Shown: positions 18,768 through 28,437 of the stretch, piece by piece | Position numbering within the stretch: the stretch's first letter is position 1 | Layout: the number at the start of each line of letters is the position of its first letter | Virus record (IMG/VR): IMGVR_UViG_3300025725_000026 | Coordinates: 1 to 61,010 of that record | Strand: one strand, 5' to 3' | From: a virus | Taxonomy: Duplodnaviria; Caudoviricetes | DNA length: 61,010 nt | Made by a program: the position numbers and the translations under genes | Notes under the pieces: generated by a model | What the model was told of the DNA's origin: nothing | Database searches by the model: none | What the model saw: only the letters and a program-made list of their open reading frames with translations

Positions 18768-19820
18768 TCAATACCTCGCTCGTTCGCTTTCTGCATCTCT
18801 TTGGGCCTGCGTCTTTTGGAACGCGTCCATGTATTCCTGTTTCGAGTAATCAATCTTGAGATCCCAGATGCGACCAGCCGGCAATCCGCCACGCTGTTTA
18901 TTCACTTTCAAGAAACAACCATTATCGGTGACTGTATAGCCGGACCCATAACCGGGAAGATTGAGCGATGTGCCTACGATGGATGTCGTTTTGGGCATCC
19001 AAAGGGACATGAGCCTGTCAAACCTGGTGGCGATCGTGGATGTCTCCAGCCCATCGTATACGCCCGGGATCATCAAGGGCGGGTTATTGCCCTGCAAATC
19101 CTGCTTTGCCTGGATGCCTACGATGATCGGTGCCTTCAAGTGCGTGGTCATGCTGCGGAGTCTGAACACATCCTGGGCAACCTGCAGGCGTCTCTGGTTC
19201 TCTCGTGAAGCTGATTTCACCTCGGGGTCAATTGGAAGGGCTTGTAGATAATCTACGACAACTGCGGCGATCTTGAATTTATCACCTGTAATTTTACCAT
19301 CCGCCAATTCTTTGATGCAACGGTAGATGTTGGAAAGGTAGAGTTCCGGTGCTTCTTCGGGCCTGTTTGCGCTGTCCGCGATGCGCCATACCTGGATGGT
19401 GTCGATCTCGGTCATCGCCCATTCCATGCGCGACCAGTCTGTGAATTTTCCTCTTGCGAGATCGGCGGGACGGACATTGAGCAATCGTGAATATTCCTCG
19501 AACGCCATGGCTTCAATGCTTTCCTCTACGGAAACCTTGACGATGATCTCGTCGCGTTCCTGCGCTTTCATCTGTGCAGCCATGCAGCGTATCCACCAGT
19601 TCATGAAGAATGACTTGCCGTTGGATGTCTGGCCCTGCACCGCACATATCTCCCAGGGCAGAAGCGGGGCGAAATATTCCTTGATGTCGGTGCCCGGGAT
19701 GTCGAGCTCGATGCCGAATTTGGAAAACTTCTCGGCTTCCTTACTGGTCTCCCATCCGGTCATCGCCATGTCGTGCGGACCATAGACAGACGAGCCGTAG
19801 TCGGTCATCTTTTTAGCCAT
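18768..19820 (-). CDS. DnaB-like replicative helicase
   Basis: Walker A GQTSNGKS, VSVEE, VVVDYLQ, KQRGG. Confidence 0.85.
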   Translation of the reverse strand: MAKKMTDYGSSVYGPHDMAMTGWETSKEAEKFSKFGIELDIPGTDIKEYFAPLLPWEICAVQGQTSNGKSFFMNWWIRCMAAQMKAQERDEIIVKVSVEESIEAMAFEEYSRLLNVRPADLARGKFTDWSRMEWAMTEIDTIQVWRIADSANRPEEAPELYLSNIYRCIKELADGKITGDKFKIAAVVVDYLQALPIDPEVKSASRENQRRLQVAQDVFRLRSMTTHLKAPIIVGIQAKQDLQGNNPPLMIPGVYDGLETSTIATRFDRLMSLWMPKTTSIVGTSLNLPGYGSGYTVTDNGCFLKVNKQRGGLPAGRIWDLKIDYSKQEYMDAFQKTQAQRDAESERARY

Positions 19821-20670
19821 AAAAACCTTCGCCGGGCTTGCGTGGCTGGGTGGGAGTGACGGGCTTCGGAAACACCTGTGGCCAGAGATCAATGACGAGC
19901 TCGGGGTACATACGCGCTTTCGCCGGTGACAATTGGGTGAAGGGCTGTTTGCACCAATTGGCAAAGGCGATTATTTCCTCAGGAGTCTTGGTTTGTAAGA
20001 ATTTCAACAATCGCTCCCATTTTTGACCCGTCCACCCCAATGGGTTGTATCCCATGGCTTGTTCAAATGTTCCTACAATCAAAGCGGTATGTTTTTCTAT
20101 TTCAAGTGTATTTGTTATATCTTCCGGCTTTGCCCCCGCTGCTATCATCCAGTCCATTGAACTGCCTTCGGGAAGTTTAATTTTTGGTTTGGAGGGTTTA
20201 TTTGATTCTGACTCTGATGTTGGTGTTGATTCTATGAGAGAAGAGGGTTTACCAGTGAAACCATCAAGAACCTGGGCATCAACCTGGGTATCAACCTGAG
20301 ACTCATCCTGAATTTCATCGTATTTCGAAGGTGATATGGCTGTATCACCCTGCTTTACGTTCATTTTCTTCCCGCTATAGTTGCGAGGATCGACCCAGTT
20401 ATGAATAGTTATTTCCAGTCCATGTTGAACTTGCTTGCAGACTATATACCCACCATCGCTTAGACGATCTCTCCATCCCCGAACAGTTGCGGTACTCAGG
20501 CTCATATCAATGGCAATCTCTTTGTCTCGCCAATCGTATACAATGCCCGTCTCCCAATCTGCCGCGTCGATGATGTGTAGGAATAGCCATATCGCCTCGC
20601 CTAATGCTTGTCGGTGTTTTGGGTCTTCACTTAGTCCGCGTTTTACGCTTATCCAGTTTTTTTTGCTCAT
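19813..20670 (-). CDS. Replication initiator protein (wHTH)
   Basis: WISVKRGL..AIWLFLHII..A N-terminus; upstream of helicase. Confidence 0.7.
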   Translation of the reverse strand: MSKKNWISVKRGLSEDPKHRQALGEAIWLFLHIIDAADWETGIVYDWRDKEIAIDMSLSTATVRGWRDRLSDGGYIVCKQVQHGLEITIHNWVDPRNYSGKKMNVKQGDTAISPSKYDEIQDESQVDTQVDAQVLDGFTGKPSSLIESTPTSESESNKPSKPKIKLPEGSSMDWMIAAGAKPEDITNTLEIEKHTALIVGTFEQAMGYNPLGWTGQKWERLLKFLQTKTPEEIIAFANWCKQPFTQLSPAKARMYPELVIDLWPQVFPKPVTPTQPRKPGEGFYG

Positions 20671-21245
20671 GGCGTTACCTCCGTTGTTATTGCCATTAAT
20701 TCCGCCACGTCATCCTCGTTAAGAGCAAACCATTCGCCAACGTCGCGCTTGTTTTTGTATTTCTCATGGAGTGCCAATTCGGCCGTTGAATAGTCATCGG
20801 CCTCAAATGAATGTATCAACTCAATTTTCATTGGAATTCTTATGCCCAGATCAGTCACCCTGGCGGTGAGATTTTTTGCCTTTCCAATTTTGTATAACCC
20901 GTTATCCGCCCTCAGCAAATAGACGTGTCCATGCGCAGAGCGTTTTGGTTTTGGGTTCGCTCTTTCTATGCGCCGCTGTTCCTCTCTCTCTTCTTCGGCG
21001 ATTGCCTGTATTTCTTCTTCTTTGTGCGTGTAAGCCCTTAATTGCATTTCCGCATTCATCTTAAGATATGCAACAAATTTATTAATTAAGTTGTTTTCGA
21101 CCAAATAATATAAGTCGTCAAGCTTTATATCTAATCCGAGATCGTCTGCATCAAATCCGCCTTTGTACCCCCACCTACCATCATTCTGTCTTTCGTTATG
21201 AAGCACCGACGTACTCTCGCCGTCCATCTTGATTTTTATTTTCAT
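20667..21245 (-). CDS. GIY-YIG superfamily (T5orf172/MUG113) protein
   Basis: GHVYLL..GLYKIGKA..ELALH..GEWFAL; GGAGG RBS before ATG 21245. Confidence 0.85.
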   Translation of the reverse strand: MKIKIKMDGESTSVLHNERQNDGRWGYKGGFDADDLGLDIKLDDLYYLVENNLINKFVAYLKMNAEMQLRAYTHKEEEIQAIAEEEREEQRRIERANPKPKRSAHGHVYLLRADNGLYKIGKAKNLTARVTDLGIRIPMKIELIHSFEADDYSTAELALHEKYKNKRDVGEWFALNEDDVAELMAITTEVTP

Positions 21246-21260
21246 TCTTGCCTCCTGATA

Positions 21261-21340
21261 ACAAAATCCCTTTTGAGGGCCTGCGGCCTGCGGTGGGCAA
21301 GGTGGGGTGCCCGGACCACAGACCCTCAAAAGGGATCTGT
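21261..21340 (-). ncRNA. Long structured 5' leader hairpin
   Basis: 14-bp perfect inverted repeat 21266-21279/21323-21336, extended by G-U pairs on the minus strand. Confidence 0.55.
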
Positions 21341-21501
21341 TCCACCAAATTTTTTCCGCATTTCCAATCTTACCACTATTTCATGGAATCAAATAGGCTA
21401 GAAGATATCCAATTAAAACCGCTGATCCCACGAATATCGCAATGAAGATCACCAGCATCAAGCAGGTCCAGAATTTATACTTGCGTTCGCCGAAGTTCAT
21501 G

Positions 21502-23217
21502 TCATGCCTCCGGGATATCCAAGTGGGCGCCGAAATCCTCGGCCTCTTTGACTGACAACTCTTTGCCGATCTTGCCGGCTTTCTCTGCAGCACCCAATGC
21601 CTTGGCTGCCTCGGCGGTTGTGATGCCAGCCCGTTTTGAAACGGTTTTCACCACAGTTTCACCGAGTGTCTTGTACTTAGCCGCGCCTTCGACCGCCTTC
21701 GCTGCGGGATCGGGCTGTGCCTCGGGCTGCGGTGTCTGCTCGGGTTCTGGCGGTATGTCCTGTGCAGTCGCGTCAACGTACTCGGGCTGCGGGCCTTCGT
21801 CGCCACTCTCGAATGTCTCGGCGTCCGGGTTCACGTCTCCCTGGATGGAGCCGGCTGGCAGCAGTAGCGAGTTGATGGACGAACCGGTAAGAGCGTTCTT
21901 GCCCATGCGGGCGAATGCTGATTGGACCCAGCGAGGATCGGCTTTGATATTGATGAACCACTTCTTCACGCGTGACGCTGATCCGTCCTCATGGTTCCAT
22001 GCGACTTCCTGCTCGGCGCGGTAGATCAGCAAGGGGATGCCACCCGCGTTTCCACCGTTCACAGAGTCGGCGATCACCTGGATGCCCGCCAGTTGCTTCT
22101 TGATATTCTGGCAGTCGTAGAAGCTCGTGGTTTTGAGAATGACTTGGACGAGATGGCCGGCGTTCACCAGATCCTCGAGGACCAACCGCAGCCGTCCGTG
22201 CGTTTTCATCTGCAGCGTGTACTTCTTGCCCTTGCGCTCGTAGGATATGGTGTCCTTCGGAGTAAACTTACGGAAAGGCTTCCCGTTTTGGATAGTAAAT
22301 TCACCCGTATTCGGATCTCTGAGCGAGATATAATGATCATCGTCAGCCGAGGCTACGCGTCTTCCAGAGTTGTAGCACTCATTCCCGTAATCCCAGGCAT
22401 CCCAAACACTTGGCGCAGGAATAACGACGCGCAGGTTTTCAACTTCATATCCATCAGGGATGGCGAATTTGTCGCCATACTTTTTATACTCCTGAGTGTG
22501 CTTGGCGTGCCAAGATGCACGTACATCATCGGTTCCGGGCAGGAAATGGATCCTGAATTTATTCTTGAGATCATCTCCCTGGATCTCAATCTTTCTGCCA
22601 TCTTTCTCCATAATTTTCTTGGGGCTGCCTTTATGTATGATGGCTACGTCGGGGAAACTTACTGCCTGTCTGGGTGTAGTCATATCGTTGCTCCCTTTGA
22701 TTAACTTATCGATATCTATATTCGGATTATTGAACCACGGTAGTCCGGATCTTATGGACCTTACGGCGAGATATTTATATTCGTCTGACACCCGGGCTCT
22801 GAATTTTATCGTCGCTCTGGACACGAAGCCGGGTGTGGTGCATCCCACTGTCTTGCACTTGACCAGATAGAGATCATTCTGAACTGGCTGGGCGGAGCAG
22901 TCGCACCAACAATCGCTGCAAACGTGCTGGACCCTAAGATGTTCGGACTGCTCCCAGGTCATGACGTTATGACCTTCTTGGGCCGGGCGTTCTTTGAATC
23001 TCTTGATCTCTTCCCGCGCCCATTGTAGCCGTTCGTCGGCATCGATCTTCATATCGTCCGGACCGGGGAAGCGCTGGTCGATCTTCTTGATGTACTCGGG
23101 CTTGCCGATCAGGTCGATGAGATCGTTGCAGGCGTTATCTGCGAGTTCCTTGGCGCTCATGAATTCGACCTGTTCGTGCCGAATGTAGTCCCAGGGCGCT
23201 CGGTGTGTTCGCGACAC
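21502..23217 (-). CDS. Recombination directionality factor (Gp3)-like protein with N-terminal Cys-rich extension
   Basis: FPDVAIIHKG..FRIHF..GRLRLVL..LKTTSFY..GIPLLIYR resembles the family; internal RBS+ATG at 22683. Confidence 0.55.
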   Translation of the reverse strand: MSRTHRAPWDYIRHEQVEFMSAKELADNACNDLIDLIGKPEYIKKIDQRFPGPDDMKIDADERLQWAREEIKRFKERPAQEGHNVMTWEQSEHLRVQHVCSDCWCDCSAQPVQNDLYLVKCKTVGCTTPGFVSRATIKFRARVSDEYKYLAVRSIRSGLPWFNNPNIDIDKLIKGSNDMTTPRQAVSFPDVAIIHKGSPKKIMEKDGRKIEIQGDDLKNKFRIHFLPGTDDVRASWHAKHTQEYKKYGDKFAIPDGYEVENLRVVIPAPSVWDAWDYGNECYNSGRRVASADDDHYISLRDPNTGEFTIQNGKPFRKFTPKDTISYERKGKKYTLQMKTHGRLRLVLEDLVNAGHLVQVILKTTSFYDCQNIKKQLAGIQVIADSVNGGNAGGIPLLIYRAEQEVAWNHEDGSASRVKKWFINIKADPRWVQSAFARMGKNALTGSSINSLLLPAGSIQGDVNPDAETFESGDEGPQPEYVDATAQDIPPEPEQTPQPEAQPDPAAKAVEGAAKYKTLGETVVKTVSKRAGITTAEAAKALGAAEKAGKIGKELSVKEAEDFGAHLDIPEA

Positions 23218-23220
23218 ATC

Positions 23221-23430
23221 TTACTCTTTCGCCATGGGCGCATCTTCGCGAACCGCAGCAATCCAGGATCGCTTGAAGCCGAGTTTTTTGGCAACTTTAT
23301 CGCTTATTTTTCGATTGCCGGCAAGAATGTCGGAAAGATATGCTTGGCTGATATCCAGTTTCTTAGCGACTGCCTTCCTGGTGCCAAGTTCGATAATCAT
23401 TGCATGTAATTTTCCTAAAGGTTCGTCCAT
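23221..23430 (-). CDS. Cro/XRE-like HTH regulator
   Basis: RKAVAKKLDISQAYLSDILAGNR. Confidence 0.85.
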   Translation of the reverse strand: MDEPLGKLHAMIIELGTRKAVAKKLDISQAYLSDILAGNRKISDKVAKKLGFKRSWIAAVREDAPMAKE

Positions 23431-23448
23431 ATTTAGCTCCTCGGGTTC

Positions 23449-23505
23449 ATTATAAGCTATTCAGCATATCTAGTCAAGATTGAATATATGGTGTATAATT
23501 TATTT
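23449..23505. promoter_or_regulatory. Divergent promoter pair
   Basis: Minus TTGACT-17-TATAAT; plus TATAAT-6 nt-ATG 23506. Confidence 0.7.
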
Positions 23506-23844
23506 ATGTCAACAGATAAGGCGCAAATGTTTGAACACTATTTCGAAATGTTGGCGCCAGAGGCTCCCCCATTTATTCGTGAATATGTCTTCGCTCCTCC
23601 ACGCAAATGGCGTTTTGATTTCGCGTGGCCGGAAGGATTTTTGGTCGCGGTTGAGGTGAATGGCAATGCCTGGCAAACGGTTGGCGGAGGCCGGCACTCG
23701 CAAGATTCTGATTATGAAAAACTGAATCGGGCTGCATCCTTGGGATGGAGGTTATTTACCTTCTCGCCAGGCATGCTCACCCGGGATCCTTATAACTGCA
23801 TAAAGATCGTCGTGGAAGCTCTCTCTCGGTTGCCCGAGGCGTAA
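23506..23844 (+). CDS. PD-(D/E)XK Vsr/DUF559-like nuclease
   Basis: REYVFAPPRKWRFDFAWP..VAVEVNG..EKLNRAASLGW. Confidence 0.8.
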   Translation: MSTDKAQMFEHYFEMLAPEAPPFIREYVFAPPRKWRFDFAWPEGFLVAVEVNGNAWQTVGGGRHSQDSDYEKLNRAASLGWRLFTFSPGMLTRDPYNCIKIVVEALSRLPEA

Positions 23845-23845
23845 G

Positions 23846-24571
23846 ATGGTAGATATTATGAGCGATTCTAAAAAATGCACAAAATGCAAGAAACTTCTTC
23901 CGCTTTCTAATTTTCACTTTGATAAAAGTAGGCCGGATGGACATTGTTATATCTGCGTTTATTGTAGGTGTCCGGGACACGCAGAAAACGAAAAGAAACG
24001 CGAGGCGAAACTTGCCCCAACCCGATTTTGTACCATGTGTGGAATTGAGAAATTAAGAGAGGAGTTTGGAAATGACAAAAGGGTTATCGGCGGCAGAAAG
24101 GTAAGGTGCAGGGCATGTTATGCAAAATTAATGTTGGCTGAAAGAAAAGCGCATCCAGAGAAAGCCCGAGAGTTAAGTCGAAAATTTAATAGGCTCCACC
24201 GAGATATTAGATGCAATTACAATCATAGATATCACAGCGAACACAAAGAAGAAGAAAGTGAGCGCTCTAGGAAGTACCGTCACGAAAACCTTGAGTCGGT
24301 TTATGAGAGAAACAGAAATCGGCGCGCTAGGGAGTTGTCTGCTCCTGGTGATGGAGTAACCCGCCACCAATGGGCGCATATAGTAAGCCTTTTTGGGAGT
24401 AAGTGTTTGTATCCGGGCTGTGGAAGCACAAAAGTTTCAATGGATCATATAGTTCCTCTTATTTTGGGCGGGGCGCATGATACTTATAATATCCAACCAC
24501 TATGCAGGAGTCATAATTCTGGTAAGCACACAAAGATAGTTGATTATCGTTTTGTGGTAGATTGGACATGA
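23846..24571 (+). CDS. Free-standing HNH endonuclease
   Basis: Repeated CxxC fingers; CLYPGC..MDHIVPL..GG...NIQPLCRSHNSGK. Confidence 0.88.
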   Translation: MVDIMSDSKKCTKCKKLLPLSNFHFDKSRPDGHCYICVYCRCPGHAENEKKREAKLAPTRFCTMCGIEKLREEFGNDKRVIGGRKVRCRACYAKLMLAERKAHPEKARELSRKFNRLHRDIRCNYNHRYHSEHKEEESERSRKYRHENLESVYERNRNRRARELSAPGDGVTRHQWAHIVSLFGSKCLYPGCGSTKVSMDHIVPLILGGAHDTYNIQPLCRSHNSGKHTKIVDYRFVVDWT

Positions 24572-24870
24572 CAACCGATTGGGCGGCGTTACGTGAACAA
24601 ATAACTAGAGATCGGGGAACATTCTGCGAGATTTGTGGATGCGCAAAGTTTACCGAACTTCACCATAGTTTAATACATCGTATGAAGAATTTTCCAGAAC
24701 TAGACAGTATTTATAACCTCCAGGCAGTCTGCAGTGATTGCCACCCATATGCAAATGGGTATAAGATTCGCTGTAGATTTTGGAAATCACAGGTAAAACT
24801 ATACGGTCACGATCGGATGGTGGAATGGCTGGACGGATTGAATCTGAAAGTTCCGCTAAGGTTCGAGTGA
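24568..24870 (+). CDS. Small HNH/NinG-like nuclease
   Basis: CEICG..ELHH..YNLQAVCSDCH. Confidence 0.65.
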   Translation: MTTDWAALREQITRDRGTFCEICGCAKFTELHHSLIHRMKNFPELDSIYNLQAVCSDCHPYANGYKIRCRFWKSQVKLYGHDRMVEWLDGLNLKVPLRFE

Positions 24871-24892
24871 CGCTTACTCAATTACCCAAGGA

Positions 24893-26197
24893 GTGAACAT
24901 GAAAGAAACGGATTATGAGAGATGCTTGAACAAGCACGTGTCGTGGGAAGAACTTGCCCGAATACTGGGGTACAAAAATGCGAATGTTCTCAGGTGTCAG
25001 TACAGGTACGAGAAGGCCCATAGAGGGGAATCAAAAAAATCAGATACTTCGGGCGAATCGGCGAGTTACGAAGAAAGCGATGAATATATAAACCTCGTCC
25101 TGTCTTCCAAAAGGATGAGAAGCAAAGAAGACGTGATCAAAGAGTTCAAAATAAACACCGACGAATGGGAGGTTTCGAGCTTCGAGGTTAGAACCAGCGA
25201 GGGGTACAGGAAAGACCGGAAGGTTGACTGGCACGTAACTGACGGAAAGGTTATTAGCGGGGATGTGGAAGACACTGGCATGATGCTCGTGGTTCCCATG
25301 TATCACATTCGAGTCAAGCTGATCCGCAAGACGGAAGAGATTAAGGTCAGGTCATTCCTTTTGGATATGATCGCGGACGCCAAGAAATATGCCCCCAAGT
25401 ACCCAAAGATCAATTACGCCAAGAAGTCCGGCGACATGCTTTATGAGATCGACATGCCTGACGCCCATATAGGTCGGTTGACCTGGGACGAAGAAAGTGG
25501 GGAGAATTATGATATCAAGATCGCTGAGGAAACTATAACAAAAGTCCTCAGCGACTTACTTTCTTATTCCAAGTTGTTTCCGATCAAGAAGATTCTGCTG
25601 CCTCTGGGTAACGATTGGTACAATGTCAACAGCAAGAGCAACACAACCGTCAATGGGACGCCCCAGCAGGAAGACACGCGTTGGTCCAAGACGTACCGGA
25701 AGGGTTGGCAATTGGCTGTAAAGATCGTCGAGATGTGTTCGGTGGTCGCGCCCGTGGATGTATTGATCGTCAAGGGCAACCATGACGAAGAGAGAACTTT
25801 CTATCTTGGTGAAACTCTTTCTGCTTGGTTTCACAAGAACCCCAACGTCGACATCGATAACCGGGCTGTATCAAGGAAGTATTATCTGTACGGCAAGAAT
25901 CTAATTGGCTTTACGCATGGCGGAGAGTTCAAGATCGACAAGTTGCCGTCCATTATGCCGTTCGAAGTTCCTGATCTTTGGGCGAAATCCAAGTTTAGGG
26001 AGTTCCACCTCGGGCACGTGCACCACAAGTTTGAGGTGAACGAGGAGAATGGCGTTGTTGTGCGTTTCCTGCGGGCTCTGGTGCCCCTTGATGCGTGGAC
26101 ATTCGATAAGGGCTTTGTCGGTGCCCAGCGGGCTGCCGAGTCGTTTGTATGGGACCACCAACTCGGACTGCGTGCGCAGTTCACCGCGACACCTTAA
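24893..26197 (+). CDS. Calcineurin-like metallophosphoesterase with N-terminal HTH
   Basis: DAHIG, GND, GNHD, THG and GHVH motifs. Confidence 0.85.
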   Translation: MNMKETDYERCLNKHVSWEELARILGYKNANVLRCQYRYEKAHRGESKKSDTSGESASYEESDEYINLVLSSKRMRSKEDVIKEFKINTDEWEVSSFEVRTSEGYRKDRKVDWHVTDGKVISGDVEDTGMMLVVPMYHIRVKLIRKTEEIKVRSFLLDMIADAKKYAPKYPKINYAKKSGDMLYEIDMPDAHIGRLTWDEESGENYDIKIAEETITKVLSDLLSYSKLFPIKKILLPLGNDWYNVNSKSNTTVNGTPQQEDTRWSKTYRKGWQLAVKIVEMCSVVAPVDVLIVKGNHDEERTFYLGETLSAWFHKNPNVDIDNRAVSRKYYLYGKNLIGFTHGGEFKIDKLPSIMPFEVPDLWAKSKFREFHLGHVHHKFEVNEENGVVVRFLRALVPLDAWTFDKGFVGAQRAAESFVWDHQLGLRAQFTATP

Positions 26198-26290
26198 ATA
26201 AATCATATGAACTAGAAAATAGTTCGCCGTTATGAAACGTCACCAAAAGAAGTGATTATCGTGATACGAAATAAACTCAAGGAGGAAGCA

Positions 26291-26596
26291 ATGACTGAAT
26301 TCGAGGAGATCAAAGCGGAGTTCGAAAAGGACGCCGCCGACTTTCATCCGTATTTCCCCGGAGATCTCGGGGCTGCGCTCGGCATCCTTGACAATCTGTG
26401 CATGGGCAAGGTGCGCCGCCATAAATTTCAACTCAAACTGACGGGCTGCGCCAGTGTGAATGAGATGACTGAGGGCCAGAAGTGGGCTCTCGTCAAGCTC
26501 GTCATGCCAAAGAAGATCGAGGGGAAGTGGGTATCCGAGATCCAGGATATCGTGTTGAATAAAGTTGTGGTCGTCTTTGCGGAGAGTTTTGCATGA
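26291..26596 (+). CDS. Hypothetical protein
   Basis: GGAGG RBS; coupled to the next ORF. Confidence 0.6.
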   Translation: MTEFEEIKAEFEKDAADFHPYFPGDLGAALGILDNLCMGKVRRHKFQLKLTGCASVNEMTEGQKWALVKLVMPKKIEGKWVSEIQDIVLNKVVVVFAESFA

Positions 26597-26796
26597 TCCA
26601 AGATGTCGTCATCGCCGCTTTATTCCTAGTCATAGGACTACTGGCCGGCTATTTGTACAGCCATCGTGTTTACGGCCGCATGGTTGACGCCGGAAAATTG
26701 CTATTCAAAACAGAGGATGGCTGGGATGGGGTCGATGGAGCAATGTGGGGCGCAAAGGTTTACTTAGCGAATTGGAATGGCCGGGATGAAGTTTAG
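26593..26796 (+). CDS. Small membrane-anchored protein
   Basis: N-terminal hydrophobic helix; ATGA coupling. Confidence 0.55.
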   Translation: MIQDVVIAALFLVIGLLAGYLYSHRVYGRMVDAGKLLFKTEDGWDGVDGAMWGAKVYLANWNGRDEV

Positions 26797-27265
26797 GGAA
26801 AAGCACATCATCACGGTGATGATGAATTATGCGCTGAACGATAGGCATCACGAATTGATTGCACCAAACAACACGCTTGTATTCACCTGGGAAGCCGACC
26901 TGCTTTCTGTTACCCGGGCGGGCCTGATCCATGAGTACGAGGTAAAACTAAATAAGTCTGATTTTAAGGCGGACGCCAAAAAAGTTAGAAAGCATCAGGA
27001 CCTCGAATTTGGGTGGGGACCAGCCTATTTCTGGTACGTCACTTTTGAGTTCGACATAGAGCCTCCAAAACATGCGGGCTGGATTCTTGTCAGTCGCGTA
27101 GGTGAAAACAAAGATATTTGGAATGTCACTGTAAAAGTTGAGGCGCCGCGCATATCTACCGGGCATATTACCGATGTTCAACGCAGCAAAATAGCCAGGA
27201 GCTTGTCTTATATCGTTCGGTATGGATACAGTCAAGATTTGAAAAGGGAGATAAGAAATGGATGA
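26777..27265 (+). CDS. MmcB-like PD-(D/E)XK nuclease
   Basis: WEADLL....EYEVKLNKSDFKAD. Confidence 0.7.
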   Translation: MAGMKFREKHIITVMMNYALNDRHHELIAPNNTLVFTWEADLLSVTRAGLIHEYEVKLNKSDFKADAKKVRKHQDLEFGWGPAYFWYVTFEFDIEPPKHAGWILVSRVGENKDIWNVTVKVEAPRISTGHITDVQRSKIARSLSYIVRYGYSQDLKREIRNG

Positions 27266-27860
27266 GGAAACCGAATTCAAGGAAGGTGACGAGCTTGCAA
27301 TTGCCGGCGATAAAGCCGCGCTTATGTACGGCTGGTGGGCTGACCGGTGGATATGCGCGGAGGCTCAGCGCTCCGGGGAGCATCCTAACGAGCGTGGGGA
27401 CCCTTCCTCCCGTGCTGCTTTCAGTTACGCAATAAGCACGCTTGAAAAAAGACACCGCAAAAGTCTCTCGCGTTCCCAGGTGGCTGACAGGATCAGGGTG
27501 GGCCGGGCTTTCCCAAAGCAGAAGTACGATGATATCTGCGAGGAATTGGACTATACCTACACGTTTTCGCAATTGCGGGCTGCGTTCGTCAGGGATGATG
27601 AGAAAAGAACCATGGAGCTACTGGCCTGGGCGCGTGATCATGACGCCGACCCGATATCGATCAATGCCATGAAGATGGGGGGCGACGTAGAGAGTGACGA
27701 CGCGAAGGCGTGGCGCCATTTGGTCGAATGGGCTTACAAGTACAGGGAACGCTGTTGCGCGAAGACATGGAATAATGACAAGAAGGAAAAAGACCGGTTG
27801 GCGCGTGAGATCGTCGACTATGATCAGAAGTGCCGGCTGGAACCCAAAACAGGATTATAA
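27258..27860 (+). CDS. Hypothetical protein
   Basis: ORF with GGGAG RBS in operon. Confidence 0.6.
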   Translation: MDEETEFKEGDELAIAGDKAALMYGWWADRWICAEAQRSGEHPNERGDPSSRAAFSYAISTLEKRHRKSLSRSQVADRIRVGRAFPKQKYDDICEELDYTYTFSQLRAAFVRDDEKRTMELLAWARDHDADPISINAMKMGGDVESDDAKAWRHLVEWAYKYRERCCAKTWNNDKKEKDRLAREIVDYDQKCRLEPKTGL

Positions 27861-27866
27861 TAAATT

Positions 27867-28121
27867 ATGGCAAAAGTAAAAATTCCTCGTTCCGTTGTGT
27901 TGCCGGTCCCGCCTGACCCCGCTCCTGTCGTACACGAGTACGGGCTGCCCGATGTGCTCTCGTCTTTCGGCCGGGATCGTGTGTCTCTGAAAACTCTGAT
28001 GAAAGGGCTGGGCATCCGTGATTCTGTGGTGGCTTACAACTTTCTGCATTCCATGGACCGCATCCCAGCATCGATGACCCAGGAACAATTCGAGAATATC
28101 TACCAGGAATTAATGGCATGA
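27867..28121 (+). CDS. Hypothetical protein
   Basis: TATAAT-5 nt-ATG. Confidence 0.55.
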   Translation: MAKVKIPRSVVLPVPPDPAPVVHEYGLPDVLSSFGRDRVSLKTLMKGLGIRDSVVAYNFLHSMDRIPASMTQEQFENIYQELMA

Positions 28122-28423
28122 CGGTGCGTTATACTACCTTAATGACGATTGTCGTCGAGCGTGCAACTCGTATCAAGATGGTGGCAATTGCTTATCACAT
28201 GGGGCAGAAAGGGCTTTACTCCCGTCCCACCAAGGTTTTTATAAACAAGGGGATTGAGGATTATATGGCCGGGCTGACACCCAAAGAGAGGGTTGCCTTC
28301 GACGAAATCATGACCAACGTGCAATTACTGGCTGACCAGGGGGAGGTTGGGGGGATCCAATCACTAGAAGACTACACAAAGCGGATGGCGAAGACAAGGA
28401 AAATAAAAAATCCCCGGATGTGA
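28118..28423 (+). CDS. Hypothetical protein
   Basis: ATGA coupling. Confidence 0.55.
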   Translation: MTVRYTTLMTIVVERATRIKMVAIAYHMGQKGLYSRPTKVFINKGIEDYMAGLTPKERVAFDEIMTNVQLLADQGEVGGIQSLEDYTKRMAKTRKIKNPRM

Positions 28424-28435
28424 CTCCGGGGTTTT
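28407..28435. terminator. Bidirectional intrinsic terminator
   Basis: A-tract, CCCCGGA-tgtgac-TCCGGGG, T-tract between convergent genes. Confidence 0.7.
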
Positions 28436-28437
28436 GA

